From NCBI GenBank assembly GCA_043228905.1, contig JBHGNT010000010.1, positions 17,422,001 through 17,486,000 of the forward strand: a DNA stretch of 64,000 nt. The letters run 5' to 3'. Made by a program: the position numbers and the translations under genes. This DNA is from Azolla caroliniana (taxonomy: Eukaryota > Plantae > Polypodiophyta). This document shows, in pieces, positions 23,601-36,213 of this stretch (position 1 is its first letter; the number at the start of each line of letters is the position of its first letter). A model generated the notes under the pieces. It was not told where the DNA came from. It saw only the letters and a program-made list of their open reading frames with translations, and did not search any database.

Positions 23601-26600
23601 ATACTTTATGAGAAAATCATATTAACCATAGTTTAAACGCATGACTCTTGAGTCTTCAGGAAGCATTTAAGAAAATACAAAAACCTGGCTGAAAACTCTA
23701 AACCCTAAACCCTAAATGATTTCATCTGGCACCAATATATCATGACTTATTCACATTATGCCTCTAGGGGACTGCACTTTCTTGAAACATTTGGTCCTTC
23801 TTTGGATTGCTTATGGTCCATTGTAGTGTTCTGTTATGATCTGAGTTGCCATAACTTTTCTCTGTGGTATGTATTTGTTTCTGTACTTTCCATAAGACAC
23901 AGTCAATGTAATACCTATTGTTTGTTACATTCAGCCAATTTTTCTGCAACGCTGTTTACGGTACAAAATGGATGGAGCAAGGCAGAGAAGGTTAGTTTTT
24001 TACATTTCTATGAAGTTCAATGTATTGATTTGTTCACGATTTGATTATTTTCCTGCATTGTGAGATTTGCTACTGTATCTTGATGCAGTCTGAAGCTTAC
24101 AATTTCGGCTGAGAGGGTTTCAACCATACCACTTGATGTCAAGCTTAGCATAGAGGAGCTAAATGGAAGATGCACCAGCCACGATAGTTTTCCATCAGAT
24201 CAAGTACTTCAGCAAGTTCTTGTGATGCTTGCCATGCCAATATCCACATCTGGAATGGTATACGTATATGCTAATTGAAAAAAATGTGAATAGTTCTAAT
24301 TGTTAACTTCTTCTTCTTTTGTCATAAATGCCTTCTGGTATCATGAAATTGTGTGAATTTTCACTTGGAAAATCATTGCAGGGATATTCTTGCTTTCGTG
24401 CGGGACAGACACGTGTTTTGAGGACCACCTGTGAAAATATTTCAGGATCTCAAAATAAAGGGCCATTATCTGTTGCTTTTATACTTCCAGAGCTCCAGAA
24501 ACTGCTGCTGAATGCTGAAAAAGATGGCACTACTTTCATCTTCATTAGCTCTGGTAGGCTTGTATCACAAAATTCGTGGTTCTTGTTTGTAGTCTTCATT
24601 TATCTAAATAAACACGGTAATTCACAGTGGATCTGAACCTTGATTCTACTGGAAAGGGGACACAAATAGGACCATCAGGTGAAATAGAACGTTTAAATGG
24701 ACTTCCATATTCTAATGATATTGTTTTATTAAGTAAATCTATTTTGGTAAGTCACATTGATATATGTTAGTAGATATTACTAAAGTTCAAATTTGGAATG
24801 TATTATAGTGTGTATCTTACTTGTAATATAGTTTGTGAATTGTTTGTTTGCTTGTGATTTCCGAAATTTGGTTAGTGGATGAAGGTAACACATATATAAG
24901 CAAAATTATGATATAAATGCATATGCCAAGCATCTTTGGCTGGCAAATGGTTTTGTTATAAATTAAGGATGCATGGTGAAAGTTATATTTTAAGCATTAA
25001 ACAGTTCCTTGAATCATTGGGCAGATAGTCCATAAAGAAACTTTAAATTATTAACTTGATAATCCTAATGAAGAACCAAATAGTTGATAATATAAATTGA
25101 CCCTTTGTGCATCAGCAAACTTTTACAGCTTTCAATTGCTCTAATCCATTGTGGAAGTAAATGGCATTGTGATTTGAATATTTTTCATTTAAACATTGTG
25201 GTTATGTAGAATTAGAGCTTTACTATTTGATTGCTGGGCATAATTGAAAGGCCCGATGAGCAATTTGATTTTATTAACCTATACATTATGTTTTTCTTTT
25301 AACTGACGAGTTTTTTTGTCTCTATGAACTTAGTGAATGCCAATGGATCTGTTTTATGGGGGAGTGTCTCCCTAACAGCCTTGTGTAAAAATTGGTCAGA
25401 TACAAGTAAAGATGGACGTGATAATGGATTAGCTTTTGGAAAATCTGGTGTTACAGTACAAGTGGATTTATATCCAAGCAGTTTGCAGGTGTCTACTACC
25501 TTTTCCGTATTTACATGTGTAGGTTGTAGAGCAATGCTGAATGCTGGATGAACTCCTGCAATGTGGAAGGTGTGCAATAAGAGTTTGGACCAATAATTTA
25601 TGAACACACACTAAGCTAGGAAATCCTATAAATAGGATTGTAAGCTCGCATTATCAATTATCATGTTATCACAACTGTTAGACAGGGTCTAGGTGACCTT
25701 TTTGTTCACACACCGTTCAGGGTGTGTATACTGCATTAAGTGCACCATTGTACCTGTTAACCATACTAAAAAGGGTTGTTGGTGCTTGTTCACACCGAGA
25801 GTCCCCTCTCGAATGCTTTACCTGTACCAACCACATCTACCGATTAGTTTCAGGTTTTGCTACATCCTTAATTTAAGGAACTCCTGCATTGTCTTGTCCC
25901 TGAACTCCCCCATCAGCTGTTTGCGGTTCCTGCATCGCAGGAATTCTGGAGCTAGTTCATCTATCTATTGTATTGCATCTTGCATGCTTGATCCACCCAT
26001 GGAAATCCAGTGGCCAGATGCTATACACTCGTCTGCCTCATAATCAGCATCCTGATTTCGATTAGGAGCTTTTTTAGTCACACTGCTTCCCATCCTGCAT
26101 CCCATGCCATTTTGTACTCTGCTCTGCTGGAGACAATGAGGTGTTTGCCTGCTTGTTGCTGTCCTGGAAAATAATCTGGACTTCAGCAGCAAATAAAATC
26201 CAGAAGTAAGCCTTCAGTATTTTGGATCTCCAGCCAAATCAATATCACAGTATTTGGTCAACGTTGTGCCATGGTCAAGTTTGATGCCATACCCTAGAAT
26301 ATCAATCCCAGCTTGCCAATGACTCTTCTATGAACTCACTATGAACTTTGCCAGCACTGCCATTGCATAGACTTAAGTTTGTTCTTGTGTTGCATTGATA
26401 TAGAAAACGCCTGACCATATGCTCTAACCTTTTGTTCCCAATCTTCATCAGCTTGAAGGTGATATCTGTTGGTGTAGGAACCTTACCATCCTTCATCCTG
26501 AAGACGTTGAGAAGTAAAAGAGCATATTTGATATGAGCAACTCCTATCAACTGGTATCACAGCCTTTAGATTTCCTTGTGCTTTTATAGAGTTTAATAGT

Positions 26601-29600
26601 GATTCTCAAGACTGAACTTGAACTTTACTGCCAAATCATGTAGGATATTGTATTTATGCAAGAATTTCTGGAACCTGTGGGAATTTATCACATGTTTCTT
26701 AGTGGCTTTTTTGGGCAAAAGTCAGATTATGCAGGTCTCTGCATTCTAGAAATTTGAGCATTTGTCACACTTTATTTTTGATGTGTTGTCACTTCGCTGA
26801 AATTATAAATTTTCAGATTTCCCCCTAGTTGATTTCATAGCTGTATGCAAAGGTGGCCGTCAATTATTGTACCCTATTTGGCAAAAATTATGCCAAATAT
26901 TAAGAATTTCACAAGTTATTAATTTCTGAAATCTATTTACAGAAATTTACAGAAATTGATTTTCGGTTTCTTATTGGGGTTGGGCTCAATTGCTCTAGCT
27001 GTACCAATATTAAGAATTTCATAAAGATTAAGAGATTCAATGGCAAAACTTTTGTCATTCGGAAAGATAAGATGCACGGGATGTTATTTCTGAAAGATTA
27101 TGATGGTACATTCAATGCTTTAAAATTGGATGATATGATAGATCATGCATTGGACATCCTCAACAAGAAAGTGATTACATACCTTAAGATGGTTGTATCA
27201 GATGAGAGTTTAGTAGATCTCGAGGGTCTTACCACTGGACATGTCTTTTGGGAGAACCCAAGAAATACTTATGAGATTACCACACTTGATTATCAAATGC
27301 ATCTCATTAGGAAATTGGTCACTATGCAATTGTTTAATGACGAGTTGAAAGCCATTTTTGGCTTATCAAAAGTAAACTGTCCGATTTAACATACTATCAA
27401 TGTGTCACAAAAGGCCACAAGGAGTTTGATTGCAAGTACTTAACGAAAGAGCTTGAACGTAGGAAGAAAGCCAATGACAAGAAGATGGATGCAAAAGAGA
27501 CAAAATTTGATGATTCAAATTGTTATAAATGTTAAGAGAAGGTCAATTTAGTCTCTCATGTGAACATTGAAGAGTTATTTGATGCAAAGGAAATTCTTTG
27601 TGCTACATATCTTTAGATGATGCTTTCACGCTCCAGGTGCATGATTTGTCGGTCACTAAATGTGAAATTATTGATGCAGTTCTTTTTGTTAATGATGCAT
27701 TAGATCAAACTTGGATTGTAGACTTATGCCCCATTAATGTGACTCCCACCTTCATGCCAGAAATTATGGTAATGTCTTTTTGGGCAATAATTAAGCTTGC
27801 ACAATTAATGGTATTGGCATTGCACATTTGGCTCTCAATGACAGCCAAGAACTTTACTGTATGATGTCAACTATTGTTTTTGGCATTAAAAAGAGTCAAT
27901 TTTCTGCTGCTATGATAGATGTAACTTTTGAGAGTGGATTATGGAAATTGACAAACATTTCTAGAATTGTATTATTGTTGTCATGCACACAACGAAAGGC
28001 ACTCTGTATTGCTTGCCAGGAAAGGCGTTACGTAGCAATTTACTGTTATTGCAGATGTTGATTCTCACTTGGAGCTTTGGCATAAGTGGTTGGGCTATAT
28101 GAGCCAAAAATGATTGGCATAGGGACACTAAAGTTGATTTTGGTGATGATTGTCAACGTGGAAAGCAAGTAAGAAATTCATGTTGCCCTTGTGTGTTTCA
28201 CCAGCCAAGTCTTTTGGATCTTGTGCATTCTGATATATGTAGCATGCCTACTACATCTGTTTCACTGAGGATTAACAGAGCTGAGCTGCCTCCATGTTTC
28301 TTCTAATGACACATTGTCGAATTTGAAAGAAATTCTGCTCCATGATTAGTTTGAAGACGTCTCATCTTCAAGTCTTGTTCCTTATCAACCATTTAGGGAC
28401 ATTCTATAATCCGTAAAAGGGCCTTAGCCTTCTCTTTGGGGAAAAACACACAGAACCTCCCACTAAAACTATCTAAGATTCTGAAATAGGATGATCCATC
28501 TGTCCCGTTTGTCATAATCTTCCCGAAAAGGTTGGAGTTTATTGATTTTAAAATTTGGCATTGATTGCCCAAATTGCAAGCCTCAAACTTCCCTGACACT
28601 CATGTCAGTTCAGGCAAGTCATGTACCAGCCTATATGCTTTCATCTTCTGCAATATTGGAAAACTAAGGCGCCCAGAGCTCCATCATCATAGGTTCACAT
28701 CAAATGCCCTCATGCACTCTTGCAAAACTAATATATTCAATTCACTCTTCGCTGCTTGACAGTGTTGGATATAAGTACCTTTCTGGTGGTGGTGTCGATT
28801 TTCTTTGAAAGACTACCTTGTAGCGAATATTTGCTAGTCTTCACACTGGTAATAAATTCCAACTAGATTTGAGGAAACATAAGTATATCTTCCAAGACCT
28901 TCATTCCACAAGCTTTAACTTTACATATACTGATTTACTTCCAAGCTTCGTCCGGACATATTTGAATCAACATTGTGTTGAACACATCCTCAACATCCCT
29001 TAAGTTCCAGAACCATGACTCATCATATGTTGGCTCACTCCGCTATTCAAAAGTCATGTGTTTCCTGATGGATCTGCACTCAAGCACACTTTTTAGTGTG
29101 CTTGCGTTATAGGCTTTGCACTTTTGGACCATAAGGCCTGGCCTATTGCAAATTGTGGGTTTTGAATGCTTGTTCGCACTCAAGCACACTTTTAGTGTAC
29201 TTGGGGTATAGACTTTGCACTTTTGGACCATAAGTCCTGGCCTATTGCAAATTGTTCTCCCCTCTTTTCTCTATCCCATCTGATAGAGAATTCAGAACTT
29301 ATGTTCAACTCTTGACGTCCCCATCTATAGAGAATTCTTCAAGGGAAACAGGGGGATTTTGTACCTTGGTGGTCAATGTTAGGTGGTGTATGGATGCACT
29401 TCCCTGCCAAGCTTACCAATCGAGCAGCTGCCATCTAGTTCTGAAGATGCTTTATCCTTGTGATAAACACCTCCGCTTTCTCTCTTTCCACCATCTGTTC
29501 AGAGGACAGCTGATTCTCTAGGTTTTGGATCTGGGTTTCATGTACTGTTTCATATTGATCCTAAAAAATGCTCCAGGGATTCTCATGCGCACAGTCATCA

Positions 29601-32600
29601 TTTTATCGCATCCTGTTGTCCCGACAACAAGTGCTATTTCACACAGGATATCAGGTCTTTTGATCTTTGACATACAGTAACCATTTGGTTAAGTGCGTAC
29701 CCACTTAAGTACGTAATTATATTAAGTGCGCTTTTTATAGAGGTCAAAATCTAAATAAAAAAAATTACATTGTTTCATGATGAAATTACCTCAAACCAAA
29801 TTGAAACTATGTTCCAAACATTTAAAAAATAATAAAATTCATCAACAAAAATCAGATGTGTTCCACATTGAGTGGTATCATTTATTCATTTTCTTTCCCT
29901 CTTTCCTACTTCCTACTGCTTCCTTACCCTAATACTCTTTCAACTGCTTCTTGTTATTGATTCTTCTTCTTATTTTTTTATGCTTCTTATTCTTCTTCCT
30001 TCTTTTCCTTATTCTGTCCTCTACCACTTACTTTTCTTGATTCGTATTAGTCCTACTGATTTAATTCGTTTAATTTGTTCTTCTTCTTCCACTGCATCTC
30101 GTTGATTCTTCTTCTTTTCCACTATGTACTTCCTTTTCATGATGTTTCTTCCTACTAGTACTCCTTCCCTTCTTCTAATGAGTTCTTAATTCTTATTATT
30201 CCTCCCCCTCCCCCTCCCCCTCCCCCTTCCCCGTCTCCTCTTCATCTTCTTCTACTTCCTCCTCCTGTTTCTTTCTCATACTTCCTTCTCCTTGCTCCCT
30301 CCTCCTTGTAAGGCTACAGAAACTTGATTGTAGAGCCAGAAATAGCTGCTTTCGAGATGATGCTGCCAACTACTCGACATCTAGAGAAGAAAAACTTCCA
30401 ATTTCATGTTAAAGAAAAGGTTTTTCTAGGGTTCAAACTGTGAAAATCACTCCCATTAATGAAAAATTTCTACATGACAGACAAAATTTAAATATTTTTT
30501 TCTTCCTATGAGTTAAAGTTCTGCTCGAGAAGAAAAAATTGAAGAATGGTTTTTGTGAACAAGTTTTGCAGGAGAAGAAAAAAAATTTGTAGTAAAAAAA
30601 CCCTAAGTGCGCAGCTCAGTTAAGTGTGCACTTCTTCCTTGCGCTCAAAGTGCGCACTTAACCGAATGGTTACTGTACTAGCAAGCAGTTTGACACAGGA
30701 CATCAGGCCTTTTGCATGCTAGCAACCAGTTTGGATCATATTATTAGTTTCTTTGGATCTTTTGTTTCAACCAGCTTGGCATCAGTTCTGGGCACAATGA
30801 ACAAGAATTCATCAGGAATCCAACATGTTGGATATCTGGAACTTCCACAATGTATTGCTCATCCTGACGAGATTCCCTCTGATATTACTTCGGTCAGGGC
30901 CTCGCTCCCTCAGCAGTTCCACTTCCAACACTATTTGAAGCTATTTGGGCTGCGTAACTGTGCACTCATAAACCTTAATTAATGATTGCTGCCTCTGCTT
31001 GAATGTTCTCCTCCAAAACTCTTGCTGAATAACTCATGCTAAACCTCTATTATAACTCTAATAATTCTATCTCCTACACGAGCAGATATAAATACTCAGT
31101 TGTAGAGTGAAGAACTAGCCTAAGAACTCTTTCTTAGTTCCTTTTAATACAATGGGTTATTAGCCCTTGTAGAATGGAACAAAGATATATTAATGTCCTT
31201 TAAGAGGTCAAAAATAGCCTATAAGACCAAACAAGAGGTTACATTGTAAGTGTTTTCTCGTTTTTGAGAACAACAAAATCAAAATATATAAATGTTACTA
31301 AGTAATCAAAAAAATAGATAAGATAAAAAGAGACCAAAAAATAGAATGACAGTTTTCTAAAATATCTAAGGGCAGAGATATAGAAACTAAAAACCATTAT
31401 GGGGTTTAACACAAGAGAGATTAAAGAAAGCACAAGCATATCTGCAAAACAAAAGCCCATCTACCTGATATATATTCAAGATAGGAGTGACCCACACACA
31501 CATATGATATTCAAGATACCTAGAATGCACTCTTAGTAGAAGAGCTGTAAATGATGATGGGGAAGCCAAATCACGCTTCATAAATAACTACTAAATGCTG
31601 AGTGAGAAATCTTGTCCAAAGATCCCATCCAATGTACAAAATATTCTTTTAGGAATACAGTTCTGAAAAAAAGACTGTCCAACTCTAACAGCAATCAAGA
31701 AATATTATTTTATATAGGAATCGTTTTTTAGTTTAACAGGAGCAACCTAAAGGCCTTTAATTCCAACAACCTCCCACTTAAAAAGGAGCTAGGTTACTCC
31801 CTAATAATTCTTACTCTGCTGGATTCTCAGTGGTCTCAATCTTTACTAGTTAGATTATACAATCCTCTATCACCTCTCTAATAAAATGATAGTGGATTTT
31901 CGATATGTTCTGTCCTTGCATTGTAAACAAGGTTCTTTGCCAAATATATGGCACTTTGATTATAACAATGCAGGAATGAAATTTGCTTTGGGAAGTCACG
32001 CACCCTACAAAAAAGAGGTAACCAAATGGCCTCCTTGGAAAACTATGCACTGAGTATATCTCAGCTTCTGTAGTAGAGAGTGCAACTACTCATTGCAGCC
32101 ATGAACACCATGAAATAACTCAATTCCTGCGAGAGTATAAATGTAACTGTAAGTAGATTTTCTAGTGTCTACATCTCCAGCCATATCAGAATCACAATAG
32201 CCGAGAAAATTCAAGTTCCATTTGCCATAACAAATGCATTTTTCCTTAGTTCCTTCAAGATATTGAAGGATAGACTTAACTGCAGCACAATGGTTTTGTC
32301 CAGGTTGACTCATAAATCTACTTATTAATCCTACTGCATATGCAATATCAGGCCATGTTGATCCCACTGCATAAAATGATGACCCACCAGCTGAAGCATA
32401 TGGGATAGCCTACATTTTTCTCTGTTTTCTCTTTTTGTCTTTGGGACAATGGTCTTTTAAAAGCCGTACTTGTGGTTTGAAAGGCACTAGAGATGGCTGT
32501 GCATCCATCATCTGAAATCTGTCCAATAACTTCTTAATGTACTTCTCTTGGGACACACACAGTAACATCTTTTGTCTGTTCTGCCTGATTCTTATCCCAT

Positions 32601-35600
32601 GGATGTGGTCAGGTTTGCCGAGATCTTTCATAGAAAATGCAGATTTGAGTTGGCATTTCAATTCCTGCAATATTGTTTCCTACTTTTGCATATAGAGACA
32701 AGACTCTGTCTTACTTTTAGTGAAGCCATATGAGAGCATGAAAGAGTTTAATTTCTTGTACCATAGGCGTGGAGTTTGTTTCAGCCCATATAGGCATATG
32801 AGAGAATGAAAGAGTCGAATTTCCTGTATCATTGGCATGGGGCTTGTTTCAGCCCATATTGGCTGCATTGAAGTTTGCAAACTAGATGCTCTGTTCATGA
32901 AATTTTGAACCCTTTGAAGTTGCAACATATAAAGCTCATCTTTACATCCATTTGATATAACTCCAAATCTAAAAAGGCTGAAATAGAGAAAGGTGTGTTA
33001 AGTGTAATCATTTTGATTATTTGAACAAAGACTTCTCGGAAATCGCCAAAATTGTGAATCCTTGAGGCTGTAACGTATAAAGCTCCTCATCTAGGTTTCC
33101 ATGAAAGAAAGCTGTCTTTACATCCATTTGATATAACTCCAAATCTAAAAAGGCTGAAATAGAGAAAGGTGTGTTAAGTGTAGTCATTTTGATTATTGGA
33201 ACAAAGACCTCCAGAAAATTGTATCCTTGTATAATTCTCTTGTCCGGGATTCTGTTGGAAATGTATTGGGCCTTAGGACTCGTCTCGCCTGGGGAAAACT
33301 TGACAATGGGCCAGCAACATCAGTGAGATCCTGGATTCAATTTCAGCAGATGCTAGAAGTGGATCGGCTTAAGCAGTTATACTCGGTATATGGGGCAAAA
33401 CAATGACAACGGAAATCTCAGCGGCTTTCTCACAATCCTTGACGCGACTTCAACCAATGCAGGAGCATATGTGGTTTGGATGCCTTATGAATGGCATGAT
33501 GCTTTATGTTAAAGGAATTTCTGCAAAACGATGTATTTTTTATTTCCATATTCAACATGACAATATATTGAAGCCTTATACACCCTCAAATACTTTATTA
33601 CAGAACTTACTCACTGTGCCAGTTAGAGTGATTGCCAAATCTGGTAAGAAATGGCTACTGGATCGACAACTGTCAATAGCTCAATTGTGGGATATGCTCT
33701 AGTTATATGCACGGCAACCAGTTAGTAGGCTGATTTGGGACACAGGGGGATGGTTTTGGACCAATCCCATGATGGATCCATTGCAGAAAGTTCCATTCTT
33801 TCAGTACAACGTGAAATTGGGCAGAACCTTACTCATGTCTAAGAATTTTCCAACTCCTGCAGCTCAAAAGCACTGGAATAAGTGGGGTGTTTCGAGCACT
33901 CATTTGAAGGCATATTGGACATGGATTTGGTCTTTCAAGGGACCAAACACATATATTCTCTTCAAATGGCTTTTACTACATGCAGCACTACTAGTAGGTC
34001 AATCATTGAAAGGAGATGTGGCAACTAGACTTAGACAATGTTGTTATTGCGATGACATGCAGGAAACTACTAAGCATGCTCTTTGGTCATGCTCAATAGC
34101 GCAACATGTATGGAATAAAGTTATCTCTTTATTCCTGACAATTATTGCAGGCTGCCTCTTCTCTTGGGGATCAGCGGTATGGGGGGTCTCCATTCTAGTC
34201 TCCTGTTGTATGAAGCAAATGATGCTCCGGAGGCTATGATAGTCATCAACAGACATCTAATTACTGTCTCCCCTTTTCAGCAACCTTGTAAGCAAATGCG
34301 TGCAACCCATGTATGGAAAACAATATCTACGGCTACATTATGGATATTATGGAAGTATCGTTGTAAAAGACGATATGAGTCCATAATTCCTCTTCTCTCA
34401 GATATATTGCCGGAATTATGGGGGAGCTTATTGGCGGTTGTCGGGGGCAATATGACAATATCTCAGGCTCTTCAGAGGTTGTTTTGAAGAAAAGATAAAA
34501 ATTACTGCAATTATGGAGGAAGTTGCCTCTGTTCACAGTCTCCTCTAAAGGACCGTTATGGAGATATCAACACCCCTGGTCCTTGCCCTGACCATTTCTT
34601 TTGTATATAATACTCCCTGATTTTACATTTTTGTAGCCCTCTCGCACTTTTCTTAATACTAATGAAGGAAATCTTTTTGGAAAATAAAATAAATTTGTAT
34701 CCTTGTATTTGCTTGTACCCTCTAGCTACTAGATGAGCCTTATACTTGGGTTTACCTTCTAGCATCTTTAATTTATGTACACACTTGTTGGGTACAGCCT
34801 TTTTGCCTTTGGGCAGCTCGCATTTGTGTTATTCTCATTTAAATCTGATGTGTTATTCTCATGGAGTGTGTTGATCTCCTCGTGCATAGCAAGCTCCCAC
34901 TTGGTTAAAAGAGACTCCTCGTTCATATGTCCTTGTCTTTTTAAGAGTAAGAGACTCCTCATTCATATGTCCTAGTCTTTTTAAGAGTAAGAGACTCCCC
35001 ATCATATGTTAAAAGAATCTGACGAAGAGTTGGATCATACCTTTGGGTTGGACACGTCATTCATGTTCATCTCCCAACCCAATGATCTATGTTATCTGGA
35101 ATTGGTTCCAAATCAAATGGAATATCTTCTTGTTGTAGCTCAGTAGGCATTTTTTCATTTGTAGGGCATGACTGTCTATAATTTCTCTTTTTTGCTGTCC
35201 GTCTTCTTCTGGAAATACAATTAGTTATTTATATTTGTTCATCACCCTGAGAAGTTATTTTGGAGTCAATGGTTGGCTATTGCTGAAATTTCACTCTTTT
35301 TGTTGATTCTGTTGAGGTATAATTGCTTTTCAGCAGCTTTGCTTCATTGAATACATCACAACTTTCCGATTACTTTTTGGATTTGCGGTAACCAAACTTT
35401 GTAATCCTTTTCACCTTCTGTACCATATCCGAGAATATGGTGTAGCTTGTTTATTAACTCCTGTCTAATGTGGATAATAGCGTCACAGCCAAAAATTGGC
35501 AGATGATCATACTAGGCTAATTTGCCAAAGCAAATCTCCCCCGATATGCCGTGGATTGTGTGGGGATCAATTAAGAATATGTATTACAGTCTGTAAAGTT

Positions 35601-36177
35601 TCTCCCCAAAATGCATGAGGGAGATTAGCTGTGGATAGCATACATCAAACCATTTCATATAATGTCCTATTGTATTGTTCATCCACACCATGAGTGCCTA
35701 ATTGTCTATCCTAAGATATTTCAGTTTTAAATCTGTTGAGTAGTAGTAAATACATGAAAGTTTCTATAAACAGTAGACACTTCAGTCTTATCCTTTATCC
35801 TTTGAGGAGTAACCATCAATGTAAGGAGCCTTTGTAGGATTTAATAATTATATGAAGAACTAGTGTAAGAAGAGCTCTTTACTTGTTTTCCATAAATGCA
35901 GTCATTGCAAAAAGCAAGTTTGTTACCTATGGGTAGAATGTCAAAGGCCTTTTGGCTCATATGGCCTAATCTTTTGCAACTGCAATGAATTAATGAGGAA
36001 GAGCTTGACCTGAAAGGCAGTAGTTTGCACCTCTCTTGCTGCCCCAAGGAGTATTATTCCCTCGTCTCTTTTTATCTTATATACTTTTATATTTACGGAA
36101 TATTATTTACTTATTTTTTTGATTTGTTCTCTTGTTTGGTCTTATAGGCCATTTTGGCCTCTTAAAAGACGTTAATA

Positions 36178-36213
<36 letters not shown>

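Larger units (their letters stand above)
25700..31050 (-). mobile_element. Very degenerate RTE-like LINE remnants split by later insertions
   Basis: GKVPTPTDITFKLMK near 26470 (like GKAPGPDGIPAELLK) and LFGKIMTNG near 28520 (like YLGSIITND). Fragmentary; boundaries and order are uncertain. Confidence 0.3.
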
